Assembly (NCBI RefSeq): GCF_035510375.1
Contig: NZ_DATKHG010000023.1
Direction: 5' to 3' (one strand)
DNA length: 64,000 bases
Source of the DNA: Paenibacillus sp.
GTDB lineage: Bacteria > Bacillota > Bacilli > Paenibacillales > Paenibacillaceae
The number at the start of each line of letters is the position of its first letter. Positions within the stretch are counted from its first letter, which is position 1. The position numbers and the translations under genes are program-made. Positions 27,921 to 37,478 of this stretch are shown piece by piece. Under the pieces are notes generated by a model. The model was not told the DNA's origin, searched no databases, and was given only the letters and a program-made list of their open reading frames with translations.

Positions 27921-28799
27921 ATGTATGAGGCAGCAAAAAAAGAAATGCTGGCAACGGTATACCGGTACGGACCGATGACGGCAAGCCAATTGGCAACCGT
28001 ATTGAATTATCGCTTGCCCACTTTGTACGCCATGGCCAGCCAGTTGAGCAGACAGGGGCTGGTGCGGAGCATCCCTCTCCCCTTCCTTCGCCTGAACCAT
28101 GTAGGGTACGGGTTGACTGCCGAAGGGGCAAAAGCATCGGCGATGCTGACTGGCGAAGAGGAAGGCTTCCGGATGAAAGCGTGGGAGAAACATCCGGTAC
28201 AGCTAGAGCATGTATACGGCACGAATGCTTTTTTCGTGTCGCTCATCCGGCACAGCCTGACGCAAGAAGGCGAAGGACTGACAGAATGGCAATCGACCCG
28301 GGAAGCAGCCGAGCAGTATGCCAACTTCAAGGAGTCGGGCAAAAAAACGATGCTGCTGCGTCCGGATGGCCTATGCACATATGTGTTGCCGGGACGCGGA
28401 CGTCTCGTATTGCATGTGGAGTACGACACCGGCAGCGAGAACCAGTGGAAATTGCAGGATAAGCTGTGGCTGTACGGTCGGGTGCTGTCTGCAGCATGGC
28501 GCGCGGTGACCGCCGTTCATGTGCTGTTCGTGACGAAAATCGAGGCGCGGCCGAAACGGCTGCTTCGGCTATGGGCTTCGCTTGGCGAAGGGCCGCTGCT
28601 TGGACGGCCGTTGCCGAACGTTTGGGCGATCAGCGAAAGCGAATGGAACCGTCGGGGCGCAGAAGAAGCGCTTTGGTGGGGACTGGAAGAGAAGCGCCTG
28701 CGGCTGAAAGACATGCCGCTTTTGCCCATGCCCTTGGAGACGGATTTCCCGATACTCGGCAAACAGCCAAGGGAGCCGTCCCCGATGCTGGGGAGGTGA
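27921..28799 (+). CDS. Replication-relaxation (Replic_Relax) family protein; candidate relaxase/DNA-processing protein
   Basis: N-terminal wHTH (MTASQLATVL...LSRQGLV), EHVYGTNAFFVSL and LLRPDG...LHVEYDTGSEN, as in the Replic_Relax family. Confidence 0.7.
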   Translation: MYEAAKKEMLATVYRYGPMTASQLATVLNYRLPTLYAMASQLSRQGLVRSIPLPFLRLNHVGYGLTAEGAKASAMLTGEEEGFRMKAWEKHPVQLEHVYGTNAFFVSLIRHSLTQEGEGLTEWQSTREAAEQYANFKESGKKTMLLRPDGLCTYVLPGRGRLVLHVEYDTGSENQWKLQDKLWLYGRVLSAAWRAVTAVHVLFVTKIEARPKRLLRLWASLGEGPLLGRPLPNVWAISESEWNRRGAEEALWWGLEEKRLRLKDMPLLPMPLETDFPILGKQPREPSPMLGR

Positions 28800-28804
28800 A
28801 TCGG

Positions 28805-29623
28805 ATGGATCTACGCTGGTTTCCGAAGCTGCTGCTTTGGTGCATGCTGATGCTTTCGTCTCTGGGTGCGGTGTCCATGCTGCTTCGAACAGAAACAGAC
28901 CCGACGCCCGCCCTGCTCAAACGGACAACGGAGCAGCAAATGGCGATCCATTCGGCGCTGAACTTTGCCCGCGAATGGATGCGCTGGTACGGCGAGGAAC
29001 TGCCCGAGGCGCGCATGCAGCGGCTGAAGCCGTACGTCAACCCGGAGACCCTCGTCCGCATTGCTAGCCTCCAGCCGGAACAAAAAACGAAACGGCAGGA
29101 GGTGATTGCGTCGGAATTCGTGTCCGTTTCCTCCGGCAGCGGATCGCGCTTTACGGTTCGCGTCCGGGTGATCGCTTTGAATCCCGACCGTGTCGTGTGG
29201 GAGCTCGATGTTCCTGTATGGGCACAGACTGGAAAGGGCGCTGCAGTGACTGCACCGCCGCTCATCCGCTTGTCGCAGGAGCCGCCAACCGTTCCAGAAA
29301 CGGGAAGCGGGGAAACGGCGGTATCCAGTGATGTGAAGCAGCGGATGCGTCCGGCGCTCGAAAGCTTTCTGAAAACGATGTACGAAGGCAATGATGCGGA
29401 AAGCCTGTTCAACTACGTCACGACTGGCGCAAATTTAAAGCCGCTCGGAGGCCGGCTTCGCTTCCTCTCGCTGGAACGACTGGAGGTTACCGGAACGGGA
29501 CCATATAAAGTCGCCGTTACGTTTTCAGTTCAGGATGCAGCGACGGGATTTCGAATGACGCAGGAATGGAGGCTGACGGTAACGGAGGAGAACCAGAAGT
29601 TTTTTGTAGCTGCCGTGGAGTAA
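28805..29623 (+). CDS. TcpC-like conjugal transfer protein (N-terminal TM plus NTF2-like domains)
   Basis: GGGGAGGTGA RBS. TM anchor followed by QQMAIHSALNFAREWMRWYGEE...RLKPYV, typical of TcpC/Tn916-ORF13-type proteins. The ORF-track start at 28466 overlaps the previous gene and was discarded. Confidence 0.65.
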   Translation: MDLRWFPKLLLWCMLMLSSLGAVSMLLRTETDPTPALLKRTTEQQMAIHSALNFAREWMRWYGEELPEARMQRLKPYVNPETLVRIASLQPEQKTKRQEVIASEFVSVSSGSGSRFTVRVRVIALNPDRVVWELDVPVWAQTGKGAAVTAPPLIRLSQEPPTVPETGSGETAVSSDVKQRMRPALESFLKTMYEGNDAESLFNYVTTGANLKPLGGRLRFLSLERLEVTGTGPYKVAVTFSVQDAATGFRMTQEWRLTVTEENQKFFVAAVE

Positions 29624-29665
29624 GCGGAAGCATGGATCGATGAAGAAAGGAGGGCTGCCTTTACA

Positions 29666-29839
29666 ATGTCCAAACAACAACGGGAAGAAGAACGACAAGC
29701 GCTCCTTGCTCAGCTTCAACAATTGGATCGGCACGGCGTTTGGACCGACGAAAAAAGCAAAAACGAAGGATACCCGCGGCTGACCTTGCGTGAAGCAAGA
29801 GCAAAATGGGCAGAAATGTCGGACCCGAAAAACCAATGA
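29666..29839 (+). CDS. Small hypothetical protein (57 aa), below the ORF-track cutoff
   Basis: AAAGGAGGG RBS 11 nt upstream of the ATG. Hydrophilic helical sequence MSKQQREEERQALLAQLQQLDRHGVW... Confidence 0.45.
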   Translation: MSKQQREEERQALLAQLQQLDRHGVWTDEKSKNEGYPRLTLREARAKWAEMSDPKNQ

Positions 29840-29896
29840 CGGTCAGCGGGAATCAATGAGCCGGGATTCATCTTGCTACACGAGGAGGTGGGAAAT

Positions 29897-30154
29897 GTGG
29901 AAGGGGATTTTGTCAATACCGGACTTCTCGTCATCAAACGGCTGTTGCAAGCCATTTTCCTCACGATTGCAATTTACCGAGGAGTGAAGATGTATGCTAA
30001 CGGCGAGACGAATCGGCTCTGGTCGCATATTATGCTCTCCGTCATTTTGGGCATTTTCGTCTTTGCTCCCGGCATTGCCAAGTACCTCGCACTCTATGTC
30101 CTGAAGACGCTCGGCATTTCCGTGGACGGGTTGACCGATACGACGGGAGGGTGA
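29897..30154 (+). CDS. Small two-TM membrane protein (TcpD/VirB2-position protein)
   Basis: GAGGAGGTG RBS 8 nt before GTG 29897. Two hydrophobic helices. Immediately precedes the TcpE-like gene. Confidence 0.55.
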   Translation: MEGDFVNTGLLVIKRLLQAIFLTIAIYRGVKMYANGETNRLWSHIMLSVILGIFVFAPGIAKYLALYVLKTLGISVDGLTDTTGG

Positions 30155-30160
30155 GGACGG

Positions 30161-30880
30161 GTGGACGAGGACAAAACGGAGTCATATCGCGTGTTGTACC
30201 GGGTTCGGCCGCTTATCTACCATATCGGGGACATTCGCTTATGGATGCCGATCCGGCAGGACGGCGTGGTGCTCTGGTTTATGTATATCGGCGTGTTTTT
30301 CATTTTTAGCTACGTATTTCCGGTGCTGTCATGGGCGCTTCCGTTTGATCGCGCGATCACGATGGTCGTCGGGCCGATTGCTGCCGCATACTACACGGTC
30401 AAACTGGATCCGGCGGGGAAAACGGCGCCGCGCTATCTGCGGGACATCCTGCATTTTCTGGTGCGGCCGAAATGGTTTGTCCGCTGGAAGGCCATCCGTC
30501 AACCCGGAGGAAAACGGAAGATCCGGTTTGTTGGCCGGTGCCGGCCGTACGAACGGATATCGCTGCCAGTCGGGGGCGGTGAGGAATGGCGCGGCAGCAA
30601 CGGGCGGTTGTACGGGACGGTCGAAGGATTGCAGAAGCTTTGCCTTCCCGCAAACGTGCGCATCCGCTGGCGCGGGCGAAGTGGAAAACTACTCGTTATT
30701 CCGCTGAAACGACAGGCCAAACGAGCTGTCGTTCCGCCTGTAGTATTGGAAGTGACATCGCGGCGATCGATGTCATTTATGACGTCCGCTCCGGTGCAAG
30801 TTGATCGAGAAATTAGAGATGACGCTATGGAGATGTGGAAGGTAAATATACGCAGAGATACTCGAAGCGGCTCGTTATAG
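30161..30880 (+). CDS. TcpE-family conjugal transfer membrane protein
   Basis: Pattern YRV..PLIY.IGD..L..P, two TM helices, then KLDPAGKTAPRYLRDILHFLVRPKWF, as in TcpE/Tn916-ORF17-type proteins. Located immediately upstream region of VirB4. Confidence 0.65.
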   Translation: MDEDKTESYRVLYRVRPLIYHIGDIRLWMPIRQDGVVLWFMYIGVFFIFSYVFPVLSWALPFDRAITMVVGPIAAAYYTVKLDPAGKTAPRYLRDILHFLVRPKWFVRWKAIRQPGGKRKIRFVGRCRPYERISLPVGGGEEWRGSNGRLYGTVEGLQKLCLPANVRIRWRGRSGKLLVIPLKRQAKRAVVPPVVLEVTSRRSMSFMTSAPVQVDREIRDDAMEMWKVNIRRDTRSGSL

Positions 30881-30908
30881 GCACATTCCACCAAAGCGAG
30901 GCGATAGG

Positions 30909-31142
30909 ATGGGAAAATGGAATCACACCGTGACGATCGGTCTTGCCGACATTTTAGAAGACGAATCGACCAGTGTGGAGCAAAGGGGCCGGACGATCGC
31001 CGAGCGGTTAAGCCGTGAAGCGTGTTTTCGGTCCTTTCCGCATTTGGCGGAGTTCCGTTCGGTTCAGGACGAAGAGGATCTTGATGAATGGCTGGAACGC
31101 ATGTACGACTACGCCGATCGGCATCGTATCTGGATCACGTAA
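30909..31142 (+). CDS. Hypothetical protein (77 aa)
   Basis: Coding-like acidic sequence in an operonic position. Confidence 0.5.
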   Translation: MGKWNHTVTIGLADILEDESTSVEQRGRTIAERLSREACFRSFPHLAEFRSVQDEEDLDEWLERMYDYADRHRIWIT

Positions 31143-31173
31143 GAGACGGTTCGGTGAAGGGAGGTGAGACGAG

Positions 31174-33666
31174 TTGAAATTTCCGGTTCTGTATTGGGAA
31201 CAAAACCTCCTGTTTGACACGCTGCTGAAGCCTTGGGCGGTGTACCGCATTCCGCTGAAGCCATATGCGTATCAATCGCCGGAAAAAAAGCGCGGTACTG
31301 TGATTCAAATGCAGCAGTTTTTGCACAGCTACCACGGAAGCGGCCAACTGTTGTCGGTCACCCGGATGATAGACGCCGGAGTATGGCAACAGCGGCGTAC
31401 GGGGCAGGGTGCGGAATACGAGCGGTATGTGAAAGCGGTCATGCAGCGGTTTGCCGAGCGGCGGCCGTGGCAGCGATCGCTTTATTTGATTCTGCAGCTG
31501 TCTGCTGTGCACAAGCAGTTTCCGGAAGTGGATTTGTCGGGTCTACGCAAGACAGGCGAAACGCTGCGAGAGTGGGCCGGCGCGCTCGGACGCAACATCC
31601 AGGAGCAGTTCTGGTACCGCCAGCGCGGCGAATTGGAGATGGAGCGGTTGCATATTGCCCGATCAGCCGAAAGCTTGCAGTTCAATCAAGTCAATCATCA
31701 CCTGAGCGGCGAACGGTGCGGACCGCAGGAAATCGAGTGGCTGCTCAGGCGCGGCTTTTTCCGTGGGTTGGCCATGGAACCGGAACTGATACTAAGTCTG
31801 GAGACGATGCGCGAGGTTCGGGTGAACGGCGAGAAGGTGCTGCTGCGCCCGAAAAAAACATTGCCGATATTGCTTGCAGGCGATCTTGCCTGCGAGGAGA
31901 AGATGAAGACGTGGGTCGTGCATCATGACGATCTGGAAGAAGACAGCAGAAAAAGCTTTCAGGCGTTTTTCTCGGTCGTGGATGTACCGGAGGAGATTTC
32001 GACGATCGGTGACGAGTGGCTGTACGCGCTCGAAGACCTGCCATTTCCCGCCGAGGTCAGCATCCATTTTCAGGTGCAAACGCCGCATGAAGCCGCGGGC
32101 GGATTGCAGCGGAACCGTAAGGTGTTAAAAGACCAGCGCCGCGAATACAAGGAAGCGTCCGAGGAAACGCCGATTACCCTGGAATGGGCTGGCAAGCGCG
32201 GACGGGTGCTCGAAAACAAATTGCAGAAAGGAATGCCGCTCGTTTGGGCGTCGACGTGGCTGAACGTTTCCGCCTCTTCCCGCAAGGAACTGGAGGAACG
32301 CGCGGCGCAGCTTTTGCAATTGTATGCGACCAAGCAAATCCGCGTCGTTCGCTCGCCGGCCGATCAGGCGCACGCGTTCCAGCTTTTCTTGCCGGGTTCC
32401 CCGATGGACAAACAAAACCGGATCCCAATGGATCCGAAGTTTCTGGCGGCGGGGATGCTGCACGGATCGCGGGAAATTGGCGATCCGGACGGAGATTACA
32501 TCGGGCGCACGCTGCACCGCATCCCGGTGCTGCTCGATTTGAAGCGCCCGATGTCCAAGGAATTGAACCGATCCGGGGCGATTGTCATCGTCGGCACATT
32601 GGGTTCGGGGAAGTCGGTGCTAAAGAAGACGCTGTTCTACCACGGGTATAATCAGGGCGGCATTGTGTTCTCGATCGATCCCAAGGACGAGGATAGCTGC
32701 TTTGCCCTCATCCCGGATATTCGTCAAAACATGACGCGGCTTAATTTTTCAGCGGATTCGACAACGAAGTTCAATCCGTTTCGGATGTCGAAAAGCGAGG
32801 AACGCGCGCATGGCATTGTGCTGGATTTCCTCAGCTTGCTGCTCGAGGGTACACGCAATGACGAGCGAGCGGATGCCATTATGGAAGCCGTGGAGCGGAC
32901 GTTTGAGCAGAAAACGCGCGATCTCCACATGTTTATGCAGGAGTTGGAGCGGGTTTCTGCGGATTCGCCGGTGGAAGCGATCCGAGTAGAGGCCCGGCGT
33001 TGTGTGAATCGGCTGTTGTCCTACTCGCGCAGCCCATTCGGAAAGTTTATCTTTGCCCGCGATGGGGAAGAAAACGCCCGGCTTAGCGGTGCGCGTTTTA
33101 TCGTCATTACGCTGGCCGGACTGCCTTTGCCCAAGAAGCGGAGCGAACGGATCCACACGGCGCTGACGCCGAACGAGCGGTTTGCCCTTGGCATCATGTA
33201 TCTGGTCGCCGCACTCGGGCGGGAGTATATGTTTTACAGCCCGCACGATCAGCTCAAAATATTCGGCATCGATGAAAGCTGGATGTTGCGCGCCTTTCCG
33301 GAAGGTGCGCTGCTCATTGACGAAATTATCCGCATGGGCCGCTCGTTTGCGGTCGTGCCGCTTTTAGCGACGCAAAACCCGGGAGATGTGGCCGACGAGG
33401 AGACGAGAAATAATCTCGGCTCCATTTTTTGTTTCCGCACCGAAGACCCTCGGGCAATTGCGGACAACCTGACGCTGCTCGGACTCGATCCCGATGATGA
33501 AGATATGATCCAGGCATTCCGTGAGCTGAAAGCCGGGGACTGCTACATGAAAGACATTACCGGCCGGATCGGGCGGGTGCATATCGAACCGACGCCGGAC
33601 GATCTGCTCACTATCTTCAACACGACACCGGATCGTCTGGCGGTGGAAAGGAGGGAATCCGATTGA
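31174..33666 (+). CDS. VirB4-like conjugation ATPase (TcpF / Tn916-ORF16 type)
   Basis: 830 aa. Walker A (GTLGSGKSV), Walker B (IFGIDESWML), and an N-terminus (NLLFDTLLKPWAVYRIPLKPYAY) typical of the Firmicute VirB4 class. TTG start with GGGAGGTGA RBS. Confidence 0.85.
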   Translation: MKFPVLYWEQNLLFDTLLKPWAVYRIPLKPYAYQSPEKKRGTVIQMQQFLHSYHGSGQLLSVTRMIDAGVWQQRRTGQGAEYERYVKAVMQRFAERRPWQRSLYLILQLSAVHKQFPEVDLSGLRKTGETLREWAGALGRNIQEQFWYRQRGELEMERLHIARSAESLQFNQVNHHLSGERCGPQEIEWLLRRGFFRGLAMEPELILSLETMREVRVNGEKVLLRPKKTLPILLAGDLACEEKMKTWVVHHDDLEEDSRKSFQAFFSVVDVPEEISTIGDEWLYALEDLPFPAEVSIHFQVQTPHEAAGGLQRNRKVLKDQRREYKEASEETPITLEWAGKRGRVLENKLQKGMPLVWASTWLNVSASSRKELEERAAQLLQLYATKQIRVVRSPADQAHAFQLFLPGSPMDKQNRIPMDPKFLAAGMLHGSREIGDPDGDYIGRTLHRIPVLLDLKRPMSKELNRSGAIVIVGTLGSGKSVLKKTLFYHGYNQGGIVFSIDPKDEDSCFALIPDIRQNMTRLNFSADSTTKFNPFRMSKSEERAHGIVLDFLSLLLEGTRNDERADAIMEAVERTFEQKTRDLHMFMQELERVSADSPVEAIRVEARRCVNRLLSYSRSPFGKFIFARDGEENARLSGARFIVITLAGLPLPKKRSERIHTALTPNERFALGIMYLVAALGREYMFYSPHDQLKIFGIDESWMLRAFPEGALLIDEIIRMGRSFAVVPLLATQNPGDVADEETRNNLGSIFCFRTEDPRAIADNLTLLGLDPDDEDMIQAFRELKAGDCYMKDITGRIGRVHIEPTPDDLLTIFNTTPDRLAVERRESD

Positions 33667-35201
33667 AACGACGATGCCGCTGCGGAATTTTGGCCATGGT
33701 GTTTATCGTTTGCTTTATGGGCTTGGCAAGTCCGCTCACCGTATTTGCCGAGACGCCCAAGGACATGCTCGATCAACTCTTGCCGGGCGAAAGCGAAATG
33801 GGCATCGAACCCGGCGACCGGACATTGGATTATCGTCAGTATCCGACTGACAACTATACATGGGATTTGGGTTATGACCTTGTGGAGTGGTCCGGATGGA
33901 AGCCGCGCCTGAATAACCCGTTTCCTGTCATTTTGAATTGGGCCGCCAACGTCCTGTTTATGATCAGTGCATTTATCACACGTCTGAGCATTTTTCTGAT
34001 GCAGCTTGGCTTTAATACCGATCTCGTCAACGAACAACTGACGCTCATCTTGCCGATTATGGACGGGATGCGAACGAGCATCTTTTCGAAGTTTCTGCCT
34101 TGGGCGCTGGTGCTCTTGGCTGCGTGGATGGTGAAGGTCGGGTACTGGAACAACCAGACGACGCGGCTCATGTCCGGCGTGATCGGCTCGATCGTCGTGC
34201 TGATCGGCAGCTACTGGTTCTTTACACATTCCGGGCAGAGCATCCGCGCGGTGTCGCAGACGATGGACAAGCTGACGCAAATCACAATGGGCTCCTTAGC
34301 CGCTCCATATCAACGCGTAACGGGTGAACCATTCGATGCGGGGCTGGCGAATGCGGCGGATCAGCAACTGTTGGCGACGTCCAACCGGCTATGGAAGCTG
34401 TTTGTCGACCGTCCGTGGCTCATCGGGCAGTTAAACCGTCAGGACGCAGGCGAGGTGCGCATGACAGCGGAGGAAGTCGAAGCGATACTGGACCAGGCGG
34501 AGGAAGAGGATGTAACCATCGGCGTGAAAGTCGGGGATGCTTGGTCGCATTGGATGCGGCAGTATGCGCCCGGCATGCCGCAGCGGGATATTTTGCGCAA
34601 GGTGTTGGGCGATTCGAAAATCGACCACGGTGGTCACGCGGACGTTACGTACGTGTTTGCCGGCGGCTCGGCGGGAATCCGCTTACTGGTGGCGTTGCTT
34701 TCGGTGATTGCCACACTGACGCTATTGCTGTTTGTCGGAACGATCGCCTTCATTTTAATTTTGGCGCAGGAGATGGCGCTCGCGATACTTATTCTTGCGC
34801 CAGTCGTCCTGTTGCTCGGCTTGTTTCCGGAACGGGGCTTTGCATTTGTGCGTCGCTGGGTCGGCTGGCTGATCGGCGTACTTGGCACGAAGGTCATTTA
34901 TGGCTTTTATTTAGGCTTTACGCTGCTTGTCGCCGACATCGTGGCGCGCGGCTCCGGCCTTCTGATTCTGCAGCAAATCTTTGTGGCGCTGTTGTTTTTC
35001 TGCGCGTTTTTGTTCCGCAAAAAGATTTTGAAGCAGCTGCTCAGCATCTTTCAAGCGCCGACGCCGCATGAGATGTACGATACGTCCAAGCGGGAAGTCG
35101 TTTATCACATCGAGGAGGCGAAGCAATCGTGGCAGAACGCGAAGGAGCGGACGAAAAAAGCGAAAGATGCCGCGAAGAAGATCATATCCAAATTGAAGTG
35201 A
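33663..35201 (+). CDS. Polytopic membrane protein, VirB6/TcpH-like channel component
   Basis: Signal/TM segment plus about 7 further TM segments. Its start overlaps the VirB4 stop codon (TTGA). Position matches TcpH/ORF15. Confidence 0.6.
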   Translation: MKRRCRCGILAMVFIVCFMGLASPLTVFAETPKDMLDQLLPGESEMGIEPGDRTLDYRQYPTDNYTWDLGYDLVEWSGWKPRLNNPFPVILNWAANVLFMISAFITRLSIFLMQLGFNTDLVNEQLTLILPIMDGMRTSIFSKFLPWALVLLAAWMVKVGYWNNQTTRLMSGVIGSIVVLIGSYWFFTHSGQSIRAVSQTMDKLTQITMGSLAAPYQRVTGEPFDAGLANAADQQLLATSNRLWKLFVDRPWLIGQLNRQDAGEVRMTAEEVEAILDQAEEEDVTIGVKVGDAWSHWMRQYAPGMPQRDILRKVLGDSKIDHGGHADVTYVFAGGSAGIRLLVALLSVIATLTLLLFVGTIAFILILAQEMALAILILAPVVLLLGLFPERGFAFVRRWVGWLIGVLGTKVIYGFYLGFTLLVADIVARGSGLLILQQIFVALLFFCAFLFRKKILKQLLSIFQAPTPHEMYDTSKREVVYHIEEAKQSWQNAKERTKKAKDAAKKIISKLK

Positions 35202-35226
35202 AAAGAGATAAACGGGAGGAGAGACC

Positions 35227-35466
35227 ATGGTTCGGATGGAGGAGTGGCTGCAACATGAATTTCTCGCACAGACCGTTTTCTTTGTGGAGAACCGGGAGCG
35301 CGGTCTGTTTTTTCGGGGAAGAAGTCGATTCAAGGATGTCGAGGTTCTGGTATCCGCGTCGCGCCATGTATGGGTAAGGGAAGCGGGCATCCGGGAGTGG
35401 AAACCGACAGGCGTTTATGTGCCGGCAGATGTGATATCAATTACGGCAAACCATTCAGCAAGGTAG
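35227..35466 (+). CDS. Hypothetical protein (79 aa)
   Basis: GGGAGGAG RBS in an operonic position. Confidence 0.45.
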   Translation: MVRMEEWLQHEFLAQTVFFVENRERGLFFRGRSRFKDVEVLVSASRHVWVREAGIREWKPTGVYVPADVISITANHSAR

Positions 35467-35478
35467 GGAGGAAGAGAT

Positions 35479-35661
35479 ATGCGTTCGATTGCATTTGATC
35501 CGAAAAAGATGGAACGTCTCGTTCGATCCGATGCGTTCCTTCGGTTTGTGGTCGACGATCTGGTTTCCAGATCCCATCCGAGAGAGAAGGCACTGGAAAT
35601 CGTTTTTAACGGCTATGTACTGGAGGACTCGGTGATGGAAGACAAATACAAAGAAGCATAA
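35479..35661 (+). CDS. Hypothetical protein (60 aa)
   Basis: GGAGG RBS with coding-like sequence. Confidence 0.45.
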   Translation: MRSIAFDPKKMERLVRSDAFLRFVVDDLVSRSHPREKALEIVFNGYVLEDSVMEDKYKEA

Positions 35662-35694
35662 TCAGGCGGCGAGCCTGCTGATGAGGGGATGACG

Positions 35695-35856
35695 ATGGAG
35701 GTTGTAAAGGATTGGGAGGCGTTGGTTTCCGACCTGAGGCAGCGCATACAAAACGGCGACGAGTCGTGCCGGCCGCTTCTAGGCAAAGCGGAAGCCGCTT
35801 TGAAAGAGGCGCGGGAAAAGAAATCGACGCAGGCGCGGGATTGTCATGGAAGTTAG
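35695..35856 (+). CDS. Small hypothetical protein (53 aa), below the ORF-track cutoff
   Basis: GAGGGG RBS. The 3' end overlaps the start of the hydrolase gene by 11 nt. Confidence 0.35.
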   Translation: MEVVKDWEALVSDLRQRIQNGDESCRPLLGKAEAALKEAREKKSTQARDCHGS

Positions 35857-36805
35857 CGGCCTGATCAAGAAAAGAGCGCTCTGGTGGGTGATCGGCAGTT
35901 TAGGGGCTGTCGGCATTGCGATCGCGCTGCTGTCGATGCTGCTGGTTTTTGCGTTACTTGGCGTTCTGATCAGCTCGTCGGATTCCTCTTCTATGGAAGA
36001 GATTCCTGTGCCGGACAATCAAGCCTTCGATATCCCTGCGCCGCTATTGCCGATCTATATCCAGGCCGAAAACGGGAACGCTTCTTGGGCGCGACTGGCG
36101 GCGATTCACAAGGTCGCGACAAACTTCGGAGCCGAACAGGCCAAACGAATCGATACGATTGGCGGGTTGGGCTTTCCCCGGATGTTGTGGGAAGCGTACA
36201 AGTTGGATGGCGACGTAGACGGCAAGATCGATCCGGACAATCCGGTTGACGCGATTTTTTCGCTTGCCAACTATTTTCGCTTGAACACCCTTGATACAGA
36301 TGCAGCACTGGAAGCGTGGTTTTTAAACCCGAACGATGCGTCGCTCGTTCGGGTAAAGGAAGCAGAGTATGCCGCCATGCTGATCATGCCGCGAAATTGG
36401 CTGTGGCCGGTCATTGGCTATACGAGCCTGTCCAGTCCGTATGGCACGCGGATTGACCCGGTAACCGGGGAGACCGGCGTGTTTCATGATGGGATCGACA
36501 TCCCCGCCCCGCGCGGCACCCCGGTCGTCGCGGCCCAAAACGGGACGGTTGTTCAGGTCAGCAAAAGCAGCAACGGGTACGGCAATCTCATCCGCTTGCA
36601 GCATAACGGCGGCATTCAAAGCTTTTACGCTCATTTGTCGGGCATTGGCGTCCGCCTCAGTCAGCGGGTGTTGCGAGGCGAGGTGATCGGCTGGGTGGGC
36701 AGTACGGGAAAGTCGACAGGACCGCATCTGCATTTTGGCATGTCGCAAAACGGACAATCCGTGAATCCGCAAAGCTATTGGAACGATCAAACAGAAGGAG
36801 AGTGA
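35846..36805 (+). CDS. Cell-wall hydrolase: TM anchor, transglycosylase-like region and C-terminal M23 peptidase (TcpG/ORF14 equivalent)
   Basis: M23 motifs (HDGIDIPAPRGTPVVAA...YAHLS...GSTGKSTGPHLHFG). Confidence 0.85.
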   Translation: MEVSGLIKKRALWWVIGSLGAVGIAIALLSMLLVFALLGVLISSSDSSSMEEIPVPDNQAFDIPAPLLPIYIQAENGNASWARLAAIHKVATNFGAEQAKRIDTIGGLGFPRMLWEAYKLDGDVDGKIDPDNPVDAIFSLANYFRLNTLDTDAALEAWFLNPNDASLVRVKEAEYAAMLIMPRNWLWPVIGYTSLSSPYGTRIDPVTGETGVFHDGIDIPAPRGTPVVAAQNGTVVQVSKSSNGYGNLIRLQHNGGIQSFYAHLSGIGVRLSQRVLRGEVIGWVGSTGKSTGPHLHFGMSQNGQSVNPQSYWNDQTEGE

Positions 36806-36811
36806 AGGAAG

Positions 36812-37030
36812 ATGCTGGAACAACTGCTTCGGTTTCGTGAATGTGAGCATCGGGGCGATCTGGACGCCTATGCCCGCGACGTCGCCCGCTGCGGCGGAAA
36901 TATCATCGGAAGGGAACTGGATGCCGCCGCCGAAAAGGGGTATCTGACCGTAATGTTTTCAAGCCCGGCGGATCGTGAGGCTTTTTGGGAAAAGTTTAAA
37001 CAAACTGATTCGGCGCCCTTCTGCTCCTAA
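36812..37030 (+). CDS. Hypothetical protein (72 aa); has a second, TGA-interrupted copy at 61713
   Basis: Coding-like sequence. Colinear similarity to 61713..61928 (ECEH.GDL..Y...V...GG..IG...D...F...FK...PFC). Confidence 0.55.
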   Translation: MLEQLLRFRECEHRGDLDAYARDVARCGGNIIGRELDAAAEKGYLTVMFSSPADREAFWEKFKQTDSAPFCS

Positions 37031-37169
37031 GCAGGCAGAGGACAGCCGGACCGCATCCATGGCTCTCGAAATAGAGGGCTATTTTTTGTGTCAAAAAAAC
37101 AATAAAGGAGCTGCAGCGCATGGGAAAACCAACTGAAAAAGTAATCACGCGCGGGGTGCAAACCTGAAT

Positions 37170-37394
37170 TTGCCGCCGGTCGTCATGAATCTGTTCTTTC
37201 GGAAAGCGGAGTCGTTTTTGCCCAAACATGATTTTCTCGTTTTTGAACCGCAGGGAAACCGCGTTGTTGTCAGCGATGGGAATGGCAAGAAGCTTAACGA
37301 GATGCAAATGACGCTGCCGGAGAAGGTATGGGTGAAGTCGGATGATTACGGCGACAAATGGGTCATTACGGCGTTGTTGTCTCGAGAGTATTGA
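37170..37394 (+). CDS. Hypothetical protein (69-74 aa)
   Basis: Followed by a clean terminator. Start is either 37170 or ATG 37186. Confidence 0.45.
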   Translation: MPPVVMNLFFRKAESFLPKHDFLVFEPQGNRVVVSDGNGKKLNEMQMTLPEKVWVKSDDYGDKWVITALLSREY

Positions 37395-37410
37395 AATACA
37401 AAAACAAAAA

Positions 37411-37446
37411 AACGGCTGACCCGCTAATGGCGCAGCCGTTTTTTTG
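37411..37446 (+). terminator. Intrinsic terminator closing the T4SS operon
   Basis: AACGGCTG-14 nt-CAGCCGTT followed by TTTTTTG. Confidence 0.8.
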
Positions 37447-37478
37447 CGCCCATTTTTGCGCTCAGGGAGGTGATTGGA

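Noticed and set aside
28466-28804. N-terminal extension of the TcpC-like ORF overlapping the Replic_Relax gene by about 330 nt
   Set aside because: The extension is A/R/G-rich out-of-frame read-through of the upstream gene. A perfect GGGGAGGTGA RBS precedes ATG 28805, directly before the TM anchor.
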